64,000 nt of DNA from Chitinophagaceae bacterium (GTDB taxonomy: Bacteria; Bacteroidota; Bacteroidia; Chitinophagales; Chitinophagaceae). Positions 18,848 to 27,968 of the stretch are shown here, one piece after another. The DNA lies in assembly GCA_035626515.1 (NCBI GenBank), contig DASPNM010000017.1, positions 77,399-141,398 on the forward strand, written 5' to 3'. Every line of letters begins with the position of its first letter. Position 1 is the first letter of the stretch. Position numbers and translations under genes: made by a program. The notes below the pieces were generated by a model that ran no database searches, was not told where the DNA came from, and worked only from the letters and a program-made list of their open reading frames with translations.

Positions 18848-20734
18848 TTATTTTCTCAGAAAAAACTGCAGCACGAAAATCGCAAGCATGCTGATCACCA
18901 TTAACAATACATAATTCGCCACCTGTCCGCTCTGGAGGAGTCGCAGCTGGCGGCCGCCGTAATTGACGGCTCTTCCCACGCCGTTCACCAACGCGTCAAT
19001 CACCGGTTTTTCAACGGAAGTTTGCAGGAATCCGCCGAAACGGTGCACCGGGCGCACTATAATATTTTCATACAGTTCATCGACATACCATTTGTTCGCC
19101 AGCAGCTTTCCCAATCCCTGCGGCTCCGGAAACCGCTCGCGGCGGACCTGCAGCCAGGCGATGAGTATGGCAATAAGCACCAGCGCCGTGGAAAGTCCCA
19201 TCAGCATCCACTCGGTGGAATGCGGAATGTGGGGAGGCTCCCCGGCACGGATTACCGGCGACAGAAAAGCGGACAGGTATTCGGCGCCCGCCGCAAATAC
19301 CGACGGAACATTCACGAACCCCCCGGCGAACGATAGCAGGGCCAGGATCACCAGCGGTATGGTCATCGGCGCGGGACTTTCATGAACATGAGTCGCCTGT
19401 TCCTGGGTTCCGCGAAAGCTTCCGCTGAAGGTGAGAAAGTAGAGCCGGAACATGTAATAAGCAGTGAGCATTGCCCCCAAAAGGGCAACGGCGTACAGCA
19501 TTTTGTTTTCTACAAACACGCTCAGCAGTATCGCGTCTTTTGAGAAGAAGCCGGAAAACGGCGGGATGCCGGCGATTGCCACGCAGCCGATCAGGAATGT
19601 GGCTGCGGTCAGCCGAAGCTTGCGTCCAAGTCCGCCCATGTTGCGCAGGTCCTGCTCCCCTCCCAGCGCATGGATCACACTGCCGGCCGCGAGGAAAAGT
19701 AGCGCTTTGAAGAAAGCATGCGTCATGACGTGGAATACTCCCGCCGTAAACGCTCCGACTCCCAGCGCCAGGAACATGTATCCCAGCTGGCTCACCGTGG
19801 AGTACGCCAGCACTTTCTTGATATCGTTTTGCCTCATGGCAATGCTCGCCGCAACCAGCGCGGTAGCCAGGCCGATGATGGCAACAACGTACATCGAAAC
19901 GGGGGCCAGAGCGTAGAGCACATTGCTGCGTGCTACCATATAAATACCTGCAGTGACCATCGTGGCGGCATGGATCAGCGCGGAAACGGGTGTCGGTCCG
20001 GCCATCGCGTCGGGGAGCCATGTATACAGGGGGATCTGCGCGCTCTTTCCGGCGGCACCGACAAAGAGCAGCAGCGTGATGATGGTCACATCCGTCGTGC
20101 TAAGGCGCGAGGCACCTGAAAAAATGTCCGCGAAGTTCAGGGTGCCGGTTGTCCCGATCAGCCAGAACAGCGCGAGCAGGAAACCCAGGTCGCCGATGCG
20201 GTTCATGATGAAAGCTTTGTTGGCGGCACGGTTGTATTCGTGGTTGCGGAACCAGAACCCGATGAGCAGGTAGGAGCAGAGTCCCACCCCCTCCCAGCCA
20301 ATGAACATGACCAGGTAATTGCCACCCATCACGAGCACAAGCATGAAAAACACGAACAGGTTCAGATAGGAAAAATACCTTGCGTAGTGAGGTGCGCTTT
20401 CCTCGTGCATGTATGCTGCCGAGTAGATGTGGATCAGTAATCCCACACCGGTAATGATCAGGAGGAACAGCGTCGACAGCGCGTCAATTTGAAAAGAAAA
20501 TGGGATACTGAGCTTATCCACCCGGATAAAGCTGAAATATTCGGTCGCCAGTTGCGCGCCGCCGCGCACTTCAACAAAAACCGCACAGCTCAGCGCGAAG
20601 GCAAGCAGCACTACTCCGCAGCCAATGAAGCTCACCGCGCGTTTGGAAAGAATAGTACGCGCCAGCCCGTTCACGACAAACCCGAGCAGCGGGAGGAGTG
20701 GGACCAGGTAAACGATATCGAGAGCTGTTTTCAT
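18848..20734 (-). CDS. nuoL: NADH-quinone oxidoreductase subunit L
   Basis: 628 aa antiporter-like subunit with C-terminal lateral-helix extension (LYTWLPDAMAGPTPVSALIHAATMV). Confidence 0.93.
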   Translation of the reverse strand: MKTALDIVYLVPLLPLLGFVVNGLARTILSKRAVSFIGCGVVLLAFALSCAVFVEVRGGAQLATEYFSFIRVDKLSIPFSFQIDALSTLFLLIITGVGLLIHIYSAAYMHEESAPHYARYFSYLNLFVFFMLVLVMGGNYLVMFIGWEGVGLCSYLLIGFWFRNHEYNRAANKAFIMNRIGDLGFLLALFWLIGTTGTLNFADIFSGASRLSTTDVTIITLLLFVGAAGKSAQIPLYTWLPDAMAGPTPVSALIHAATMVTAGIYMVARSNVLYALAPVSMYVVAIIGLATALVAASIAMRQNDIKKVLAYSTVSQLGYMFLALGVGAFTAGVFHVMTHAFFKALLFLAAGSVIHALGGEQDLRNMGGLGRKLRLTAATFLIGCVAIAGIPPFSGFFSKDAILLSVFVENKMLYAVALLGAMLTAYYMFRLYFLTFSGSFRGTQEQATHVHESPAPMTIPLVILALLSFAGGFVNVPSVFAAGAEYLSAFLSPVIRAGEPPHIPHSTEWMLMGLSTALVLIAILIAWLQVRRERFPEPQGLGKLLANKWYVDELYENIIVRPVHRFGGFLQTSVEKPVIDALVNGVGRAVNYGGRQLRLLQSGQVANYVLLMVISMLAIFVLQFFLRK

Positions 20735-21063
20735 TAGTGGCGCAGCCGGTTTAAGAAATTTACATCCACGGAATGTATGTTTCGGTACATCATCACGATG
20801 ATCGCCAGTCCTACGCTGACCTCAGCCGCCGCCACTACCATGATAAAAAACACGAGTATTTGACCTTCGCTTCCAGCGGCTGCGTTGGTCGCGACTCCTT
20901 TCAGGTGGTGCATCTTGGAAAATGCCACGAGCATCAGGTTCACCGCGTTCAGCATAAGCTCGATGCACATGAAGATGATGATCGCGTTCCGCCGCGTGAG
21001 CACCCCCACGATGCCGATGCAGAAGAGGGCGATCGAAAGGAATATGTAATAGTTGATCGGCAT
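20734..21063 (-). CDS. nuoK: NADH-quinone oxidoreductase subunit K
   Basis: About 109 aa, 3 TM helices. ATG at 21063 (MPINYYIF) is preferred over the track start at 21084, which would overlap nuoJ. Its stop overlaps the nuoL ATG by 1 nt. Confidence 0.9.
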   Translation of the reverse strand: MPINYYIFLSIALFCIGIVGVLTRRNAIIIFMCIELMLNAVNLMLVAFSKMHHLKGVATNAAAGSEGQILVFFIMVVAAAEVSVGLAIIVMMYRNIHSVDVNFLNRLRH

Positions 21064-21067
21064 GTCT

Positions 21068-21568
21068 TTAATCTTTTTTCCCAATCATCACTGCTCCCAC
21101 CATGGCACTCAGGAAGAGCACACTGCTGATCTCGAAAGGAACGACGTAGGTAGTAAACAGCTCCTTCCCAAGATTCCGGATCAGCCCGATTTCCCCCGTT
21201 TTTACCTGCGCCACGTCGTTCTTGATGTCAATATCGCGAAGCGCAGCCACCAGCACCAGCAGCAAGCAGCCTCCCGCAATCGCTCCCGCCAGCCGGATCC
21301 AGCGGTTCTTCATCGGCTCCGTGGTCTTTCTCAGATCCATCAGCATGAACACGTAAAGGAACAACACCATGATGGCGCCGGCATAGACGATGATGTTGAC
21401 GATAGCGAGAAACTGCGCGTTCAGGAGAAAATAGTGACCGGAGATCGCGAAGAATACCATGATCAGCCAAAGGACGCTGTAGACCGGGTTCTTGCTCGTG
21501 ATCACCATCAGCGCGCTGAACAGGGCCATCACCGACAGGAACCAGAATAATATTTGCGTGATGCTCAT
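21068..21568 (-). CDS. nuoJ: NADH-quinone oxidoreductase subunit J
   Basis: 166 aa membrane subunit. ATGA overlap with the nuoI stop. Confidence 0.9.
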   Translation of the reverse strand: MSITQILFWFLSVMALFSALMVITSKNPVYSVLWLIMVFFAISGHYFLLNAQFLAIVNIIVYAGAIMVLFLYVFMLMDLRKTTEPMKNRWIRLAGAIAGGCLLLVLVAALRDIDIKNDVAQVKTGEIGLIRNLGKELFTTYVVPFEISSVLFLSAMVGAVMIGKKD

Positions 21569-22125
21569 TCTTTCTGCCTGGTCTGGTTTGAATTCATGCC
21601 ACGTTCCCCAAGCGCCTTCTGGTATGCTTCAGGTTCGGTGATGGGGTTCGGAATCAGCAGGTCCTCTTTCTTATAAATAAATCCCTTCCTGGAATAATTC
21701 GAGGGAGCGATAGTTTTTGAAAGGTAAACCGCATCCTTGGGGCAGGCTTCCTCGCAAAGCCCGCAGAAAATACAGCGCAGCATGTTCACCTCATATTTCG
21801 CTGCATATTTCTCTTCCCGGTAAAGATGTTCCTCGCCGGGTTGCCGTTCCGCCGCTTCCATCGTGATCGCTTCCGCGGGACAGGCCAGGGCGCAAAGCCC
21901 GCAGGCAGTGCAGCGTTCACGACCCTGCTCGTCGCGGTTCAGCACGTGAAGTCCCCGAAAGACCGCGGGGAGCGGTCGCGTTTCTTCGGGATATTTTATA
22001 GTTGCCTTTCTCCTGAATAAATGCGAGAAGGTGATCGCCATCCCTTTCAGGATGTTCCACAGGTAGAGCTTTTCCACCCAGTTCATCGGCCTTCTGTCTA
22101 CCGGTTGCGCCCGCTGCGTCAGCAT
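21565..22125 (-). CDS. nuoI: NADH-quinone oxidoreductase subunit I (2x[4Fe-4S] ferredoxin)
   Basis: Two CxxCxxCxxxCP motifs (CTACGLCALACP, CIFCGLCEEACP). Confidence 0.93.
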   Translation of the reverse strand: MLTQRAQPVDRRPMNWVEKLYLWNILKGMAITFSHLFRRKATIKYPEETRPLPAVFRGLHVLNRDEQGRERCTACGLCALACPAEAITMEAAERQPGEEHLYREEKYAAKYEVNMLRCIFCGLCEEACPKDAVYLSKTIAPSNYSRKGFIYKKEDLLIPNPITEPEAYQKALGERGMNSNQTRQKE

Positions 22126-22167
22126 CTTTCTTCTCCTGTTTTTAAAAGTTGTGCAAATATATTTCCC

Positions 22168-23217
22168 TTATTTATTCAGCAACAGTATCACCACCGCCGT
22201 GACGATCATGTTTAGGATCGCAAGCGGTATCAATTTCTTCCAGCCAAGGTTCATCAACTGATCATACCGGAACCGGGGGATGGTCCACCGGATCCAGATG
22301 AACACGAACACGAAGAAGAACGATTTTGCCAGCAGCACCACGAACCCAATTACGGAGAGCCAGTTCGGATGCAGCCCCCAGCCTGCCTCTTCCACGAACG
22401 GAATATCATATCCTCCGAAGAACAGAGTCGCCATCACTACCCCGCTGATGAACATGTTGATGTATTCGGCAAAAAGATAGAAGCCCAGCTTCATCGAGGA
22501 ATACTCCTGGTGGTAACCGAAATTCAGTTCATTCTCCGCCTCGGGCAGGTCGAAGGGTGTTCGGTTGCATTCGGCCAGGGCGCAGATGAAGAACAGCAGG
22601 AATCCGAGGGGCTGGTAGATCACGTGCCACCCATTTTCGATCTGGTTCTGCACGATCACGCTCATCTTGAGCGACCCGGTCATAAACAGCAGCGCGATCA
22701 GCGCAAGTCCCATTGCGAGCTCATAGGAGATCATCTGGGAAGCCCCGCGTATCGAAGCGATCAGTGAAAATTTATTGTTAGAGGCCCAGCCGCCAATCAT
22801 GATGCCGTAAACGCCGAGACTGACGATCCCAAAAATGTAAAGAATACCGATGTCTATATCGGCCACCTGCATGTGGACCTCCCTCCCGAACAAATAAAGG
22901 GGTGTGCTCCAGGGAATCACCGCGCTGGTAAGTGTGGCCGTGATCATTGCGAGCGCCGGCCCCAGGATGAATAAGAACCTGGAAGAAGCGAGGGGAATGA
23001 TCTCTTCCTTGAAAAATAATTTGCCCCCGTCGGCAAGCGGCTGCAAAATGCCCCAGGGGCCGGCGCGATTCGGCCCAATGCGGTCCTGCATGAACGCCGC
23101 AATCTTTCGCTCGGCGTAGGTGCTGTACATCGCCACGAAAAGGCAAAGCGTAACCACTGCCCCTACCAGGATGAATTTTTCCAGGATCAGCCACCAGTCT
23201 ATTGCCAGCAAATACAT
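22168..23217 (-). CDS. nuoH: NADH-quinone oxidoreductase subunit H
   Basis: 349 aa. ND1/NuoH signature (AERKIAAFMQDRIGPNR, ECNRTPFDLPEAE). Confidence 0.93.
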   Translation of the reverse strand: MYLLAIDWWLILEKFILVGAVVTLCLFVAMYSTYAERKIAAFMQDRIGPNRAGPWGILQPLADGGKLFFKEEIIPLASSRFLFILGPALAMITATLTSAVIPWSTPLYLFGREVHMQVADIDIGILYIFGIVSLGVYGIMIGGWASNNKFSLIASIRGASQMISYELAMGLALIALLFMTGSLKMSVIVQNQIENGWHVIYQPLGFLLFFICALAECNRTPFDLPEAENELNFGYHQEYSSMKLGFYLFAEYINMFISGVVMATLFFGGYDIPFVEEAGWGLHPNWLSVIGFVVLLAKSFFFVFVFIWIRWTIPRFRYDQLMNLGWKKLIPLAILNMIVTAVVILLLNK

Positions 23218-23228
23218 CGTTCAGTTGT

Positions 23229-24410
23229 TTATGGATTCGAGTTGGTCGTGTCGGTGCCTTCCTTATTCGATCCCGTCCCTATCTTTCGGTCCGTTACGTT
23301 TACTCCCACGGCTTTTGGATTCCCGGAATAAGTCTCTCCGGTGGCAGGACCCGGCAGCTCGGCGAGGTCCACTTTGTTCACGTCGCTCACCGCGTGGATG
23401 TCCATCATCAACTTTGGATGACGTCCCATCAGCTCCGGAAGGAATTCCGCGGGCTTCACCACCCCTTCGTAATGTCCCTGCGCGATCACCGAATTGCGCC
23501 TGACCTGTGTCGGACCCTCGATCACCCAGTCGCTGAGGTGTTTTTTTTCAAAGCGGCAGGTATTACAGATCCAGCCGGGCTTGCCGTCGTAACTCTGCAC
23601 TTCGTTCCATTCGTCCTTTCGTGCCGTGACCCGCAGCACTTCGTCGCCGCGGCTCCAGAGGATCACTTTCCCGCAGCATTTCTCGCAGTTGCGGTGCGCA
23701 TTAACCGGCTTGGCGAACCAGACCCGGTTCTTGAAGCGGAAGGTGCGGTCTGTAAGAGCCCCGACCGGGCAGACGTCAATCATATTTCCGCTGAAATCGT
23801 TGTCGATCGCTTTCGAAATGTAGGTTGATATCTCAGAGTGCTCGCCGCGGTCCAGTATTCCGTGCACCCGCTGGTCGGTGAGTTGATCCGCCACGTACGT
23901 GCACCGGTAACAGAGAATGCAGCGTGTCATGTGAAGCTGGATGTAAGGCCCGATGTCCTCCCGCTCGAAGGTTCTTCTCGGAAATTCATAACGCGTGCCT
24001 TCTTTTCCATGGCTGTACGAAAGGTCCTGCAGGTCGCATTCTCCCGCCTGGTCACAAACGGGACAGTCCAGGGGGTGATTGATCAACAAAAACTCGACGA
24101 CGCCATTACGCGCGTCGATTACTTTTTCGCTGGTAATGTTCTTCACCACCATTCCGTCCATCACTGACGTTCTGCAGGAGGCCACGAGTTTTGGCATAGG
24201 CCGGGGATCCGTCGCGGAACCGGCGGCCACTTCCACCAGGCAGGTGCGGCATTTCCCGCCACTTCCCTTCAGTTTGCTGTAATAGCACATCGCCGGAGGC
24301 GCCACGTCGCCGCCGATACGCCGCGCGGCGTTCAGGATCGTTGTGCCCGGCTCCACCTCGATGGTGATATTATCAATGGTTACTTTCAAAAGTTTTTGCG
24401 CGTCTGCCAT
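23229..24410 (-). CDS. nuoG: NADH-quinone oxidoreductase subunit G, short form (Fe-S N-terminal part only)
   Basis: 393 aa. 2Fe-2S and 4Fe-4S cysteine clusters (CYYSKL..CRTC, HPLDCPVCDQAGEC, CILCYRC). It lacks the long molybdopterin-like domain, as I recall is usual in Bacteroidota (from memory, not checked). Confidence 0.88.
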   Translation of the reverse strand: MADAQKLLKVTIDNITIEVEPGTTILNAARRIGGDVAPPAMCYYSKLKGSGGKCRTCLVEVAAGSATDPRPMPKLVASCRTSVMDGMVVKNITSEKVIDARNGVVEFLLINHPLDCPVCDQAGECDLQDLSYSHGKEGTRYEFPRRTFEREDIGPYIQLHMTRCILCYRCTYVADQLTDQRVHGILDRGEHSEISTYISKAIDNDFSGNMIDVCPVGALTDRTFRFKNRVWFAKPVNAHRNCEKCCGKVILWSRGDEVLRVTARKDEWNEVQSYDGKPGWICNTCRFEKKHLSDWVIEGPTQVRRNSVIAQGHYEGVVKPAEFLPELMGRHPKLMMDIHAVSDVNKVDLAELPGPATGETYSGNPKAVGVNVTDRKIGTGSNKEGTDTTNSNP

Positions 24411-24419
24411 CGCTCTGTT

Positions 24420-25226
24420 TCAGTTGTTCTTTTTAGATCTCAAAGAAAAATTCACCCCAATGATCCATTCCATTTCCGAGAACAGGAACGACTGGCTGGC
24501 CTTTCCTGCCGACTCCAGTTCATGCACCTGTATCGAGGGCATATGAATGTATCCAAACTTGTTCTCGATTTTCCCGTACACATGCCGGAAAACCGTCAGC
24601 TGCGCAGCAGCTTTCAGCGCAACACCAAACCCGGCAACATGGTACAAATTGCTGTTCGGGTAGTCCAGAAGGTGTACGTCGGTTCTGGGATACAGGACTC
24701 CGCCTCCACCTCCCAACATGCCGCTCACCATGAGGTTTTGATTACGCGAATGGTACCACGAATAGTATTTTTCCAGCTCCAGGTTGATGTAGTTAAGCCC
24801 ATCGGTATGCTCGAATCGAAGGAAGTCCGGAGTGATGGTCTTGTCGCCATCATAGTTCCCAGAGTGCGGACCTCCGCGCATGATGGAACCTTTCATCCGA
24901 ACAATTTGATATTGCTCCAACACGTATTTCATGTGATCGACCGAAAACCGCATCGCCCAGTTATCGCGGAAAAAATAACCCAGGCCGTAATTATTCTGCG
25001 GCTCGCGGAACGGCCGCCGCGGCAGATCCTGCCCACGGACCTGGTACAACGTAAAATCGTAGTCTTCGCCCCGAAAATGGAGGTTGCTTCGGCCGTACGC
25101 AGTCGTGTTCCAGCCCCAGAATAAATAGATAGTTCCTTTCCGGTGATTCTGCGGCACGTTGCGCTGCTGCGAAAAAGCCGTCAGCATCGGCAACACACAG
25201 ATCGCTATGACCGCAATTCTTTTCAT
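24420..25226 (-). CDS. Exported protein of unknown function (beta-rich, possibly OM barrel) embedded in the nuo operon
   Basis: Signal peptide MKRIAVIAICVLPMLTAFSQ (ATG confirmed at 25226). Aromatic-rich alternating pattern (IYLFWGWNTTAYGRSNLHF). It lies 9 nt upstream of nuoG and 34 nt downstream of the nuoF stop. No family recognised. Confidence 0.55.
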   Translation of the reverse strand: MKRIAVIAICVLPMLTAFSQQRNVPQNHRKGTIYLFWGWNTTAYGRSNLHFRGEDYDFTLYQVRGQDLPRRPFREPQNNYGLGYFFRDNWAMRFSVDHMKYVLEQYQIVRMKGSIMRGGPHSGNYDGDKTITPDFLRFEHTDGLNYINLELEKYYSWYHSRNQNLMVSGMLGGGGGVLYPRTDVHLLDYPNSNLYHVAGFGVALKAAAQLTVFRHVYGKIENKFGYIHMPSIQVHELESAGKASQSFLFSEMEWIIGVNFSLRSKKNN

Positions 25227-25260
25227 TTCAACATAGATGACCAACCCTTTTCCTCCTACA

Positions 25261-26598
25261 TTAAACGGCAGCCAGTTCGGGGATGCCGTAATTTCTTCGC
25301 TGCGCCTCTTCGGGTTCCTTTACATGCCACTCGAACTCGTCGCGGAAATGACGGATAGCAGAAGCCACCGGCCAGGCCGCCGCGTCGCCGAGTGGACAGA
25401 TCGTATTTCCTTCGATCTTTCGCTGAATGTCCCACAAAAGATCGATATCGCTAAGTTTTCCTTTCCCGTATTCAATGTTGTGCAGGATTTTCTCCATCCA
25501 GCCGGTGCCTTCGCGACAAGGCGAACACTGGCCGCAGCTTTCGTGCCGGTAGAACCGGGTTAGCGAGAGCGTGTGGCGTACCACGCACTGATCTTCGTCG
25601 AGCACGATGAAGCCGCCGGAGCCCATCATCGATCCTGATTGAAATCCGCCGTCGGCCAGGCTCTCATAAGTCATCATCCTCGTTGCGCCCGAGGCCGTTT
25701 TCAGCAGCAGGTTTGCGGGAAGAATCGGTACCGAAGATCCGCCGGGAATACAGGCCTTCAGTCTTTTCCCGTTGGCGATGCCGCCGCAGTACTCATCGCT
25801 GTACAGGAATTCTTCCACGGAAATGGACATTTCGATCTCGTAGACGCCCGGCCGCGTCACGTTGCCGCACGCGGAAACGAGTTTTGTGCCGGTAGATTTT
25901 CCGATGCCGATCTGCGCGTAAGCCGCGGCTCCTTCATTGATGATCGGTACAACTGCTGCAATAGTTTCCACGTTGTTCACAACCGTCGGGCAATCCCAGA
26001 GGCCTTTTACCGCCGGGAATGGCGGCTTGATGCGCGGGTTACCGCGCTTGCCTTCAAGCGATTCCAACAGGGCTGTTTCTTCGCCGCAGATGTAAGCACC
26101 CGCGCCCCGGTGCACGTAGATCTCGCAGTCGAACCCGCTCCCCAGGATGTTCTTGCCAAGCCACCCGTTATGATGCGCCTCCGCGATCGCCTTTTCCAGA
26201 ATGTCGACGATCCACGCGAATTCGCCGCGGATGTAGATGTAGCTCCGGTTGCTCCCGATCGCGAAGGATGAGACAATCATCCCTTCGATCAGAAGATGCG
26301 GAATAAACTCCATCAGGTAACGATCCTTGAAGGTTCCCGGCTCGCTCTCGTCAGCATTCACCACCAGGTAACGTGGGACTCCCTCGGGCTTCGCGAGAAA
26401 ACTCCATTTCAACCCCGTGGGGAATCCTGCGCCACCGCGTCCACGCAGGCCGCTCACCTTCACCTCTTCCGTGATTTGCTCAGGACTCATCTGCTTCAGT
26501 GCTTTTTCCACTGAAGCGTAGCCCCCGTTCCTGCGGTATGCGTCGTATTGGCGAATGCCTTCCACGCCGATTTTGTCCAGTAGTAGCTTCCTTCCCAC
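25261..26598 (-). CDS. nuoF: NADH-quinone oxidoreductase subunit F (NADH/FMN-binding)
   Basis: 445 aa. GLRGRGGAGFPTGLKW, GAGAYICGEETALLESLEG and the 4Fe-4S motif ESCGQCSPCREG. The start codon at 26598 is GTG. Confidence 0.93.
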   Translation of the reverse strand: MGRKLLLDKIGVEGIRQYDAYRRNGGYASVEKALKQMSPEQITEEVKVSGLRGRGGAGFPTGLKWSFLAKPEGVPRYLVVNADESEPGTFKDRYLMEFIPHLLIEGMIVSSFAIGSNRSYIYIRGEFAWIVDILEKAIAEAHHNGWLGKNILGSGFDCEIYVHRGAGAYICGEETALLESLEGKRGNPRIKPPFPAVKGLWDCPTVVNNVETIAAVVPIINEGAAAYAQIGIGKSTGTKLVSACGNVTRPGVYEIEMSISVEEFLYSDEYCGGIANGKRLKACIPGGSSVPILPANLLLKTASGATRMMTYESLADGGFQSGSMMGSGGFIVLDEDQCVVRHTLSLTRFYRHESCGQCSPCREGTGWMEKILHNIEYGKGKLSDIDLLWDIQRKIEGNTICPLGDAAAWPVASAIRHFRDEFEWHVKEPEEAQRRNYGIPELAAV

Positions 26599-26602
26599 TT
26601 TT

Positions 26603-27025
26603 TTATTTCTTTAAGCTTGCACTTTGTCTTGCGAACAGTAACCATCGCCTGCCCTGTTTCACCCAAACCTCCAGCACCGTCAGGTAATAATCTGCATTCT
26701 TTCCATCCAGCGTTGCGTTGATGTCGCCAATGAATCGAACATGTGCCACCTTTCCTCCTTCGGCGAAGCGGATGCTGTCGGCTCTAAAGCGGGTGTAGCT
26801 GATATAGCCATTTTCCAGGTTCTTCAGCATTTCCGCCCGCGTTTCGATCCACCCGTTGCTGTGGCCATAGCTGAGCGACAAATGCGACAGCCTGCGGAGC
26901 GCGCCGAGGTCCTTCCGGACCAGTGCGCGGTGAAATTCTTCAACAGAGGCTCGCAACCGTACATCAGCCTGCGCGAGCCCGGTGAGCTGCGTGATCAAAA
27001 AGCCTGTCAGGAGCAGAATGCGCAT
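26603..27025 (-). CDS. Exported NTF2-like (DUF4440-type) protein embedded in the nuo operon
   Basis: 140 aa. Signal peptide MRILLLTGFLITQLTGLAQA. The pattern F..AL..KD...L..L....LSYGHSNG..E.......L...VW.K....W.L..RQ is typical of DUF4440/SnoaL-like proteins. Confidence 0.6.
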   Translation of the reverse strand: MRILLLTGFLITQLTGLAQADVRLRASVEEFHRALVRKDLGALRRLSHLSLSYGHSNGWIETRAEMLKNLENGYISYTRFRADSIRFAEGGKVAHVRFIGDINATLDGKNADYYLTVLEVWVKQGRRWLLFARQSASLKK

Positions 27026-27026
27026 T

Positions 27027-27461
27027 TCAGTTCACTTTTAAGGTTTCAAGCCTCAGCAATTTCACGTCCTTTTTCTGTTTCGTCCAGACCATTACGAGGT
27101 TCACCGTATAAAGTCCGGAAGTGCCGTCTGGTTTCGATTCCGTACCACGGTAGAAGTACCGCACCGTCGTTGAATCTTTTCCCGGCGTAACGCCGTATCC
27201 CACGCGCATATTGGCCTGCGCGAATTTCGACGGGTGGTGCACAATGTTTCGGATCGCCTCTTCGCGATTTTCAATTTTCCCAGCGAATGTCGTATGCGTC
27301 ATCCCCGGGGCAAAAAGCGATTCCAGCGTCGCGCTGTCGCGGGTCTCGAACATGGTCTTTACCAACAGACGCGAACCCGCGAGAAACTTAGCGGTTTTCG
27401 GCGACTGCGCCCCGGCCGCAACGGCCATGAGCATCAGCGACAGCAACAGCAGTTTTTTCAT
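27027..27461 (-). CDS. Exported NTF2-like protein (tandem paralogue) embedded in the nuo operon
   Basis: 144 aa. Signal peptide MKKLLLLSLMLMAVAAGAQ. Same length class and motif spacing as the neighbouring 26603-27025 product. 1 nt gaps to nuoE and to the paralogue. Confidence 0.55.
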   Translation of the reverse strand: MKKLLLLSLMLMAVAAGAQSPKTAKFLAGSRLLVKTMFETRDSATLESLFAPGMTHTTFAGKIENREEAIRNIVHHPSKFAQANMRVGYGVTPGKDSTTVRYFYRGTESKPDGTSGLYTVNLVMVWTKQKKDVKLLRLETLKVN

Positions 27462-27462
27462 T

Positions 27463-27963
27463 TCAGTTGTTTTGGCTCTGCCGGTTTCGACACTCGTCGA
27501 TAATAGCGTCTACCCGCTCCGGCGTCAGGTGTTCGCGGAAATTCTTTCCAAGTTGCATCATCGGGGCGTACCCGCAGGCACCGAGGCATTCTACAGTCTT
27601 CAGGGTGAACATTCCGTCTGCCGTCGTTTCACCGGGACGGATTCCGAGGCGCTGCCCGATGTAGCGAATGATCTCATCGCTGCCCTTCAGCATGCAGGGA
27701 CCTGTCTGGCAGACCTCGAACATATGACGGCCGACCGGTTTCAGGTTATACATGCTGTAAAACGTTGCCACCTCGTACACCTCGATCGGCTGGATCTTCA
27801 GCAGGGAAGCCACGTAATCCATGGTTTCCACGCTGAGCCATCCTCCGAATTCCTGCTGTGCCAGGTGCAGCACGGGCAGAACCGCGCTCTGTTGCCTTCC
27901 CTCGGGATACCGGGCGATGATCTCATCGACTTCCTTGAGCTTATCGTCTGAAAATTTCACCAT
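27463..27963 (-). CDS. nuoE: NADH-quinone oxidoreductase subunit E (2Fe-2S)
   Basis: 166 aa. Cys ligand pattern C..GPC ... CLGACGYAP. Confidence 0.92.
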   Translation of the reverse strand: MVKFSDDKLKEVDEIIARYPEGRQQSAVLPVLHLAQQEFGGWLSVETMDYVASLLKIQPIEVYEVATFYSMYNLKPVGRHMFEVCQTGPCMLKGSDEIIRYIGQRLGIRPGETTADGMFTLKTVECLGACGYAPMMQLGKNFREHLTPERVDAIIDECRNRQSQNN

Positions 27964-27968
27964 TTCTT

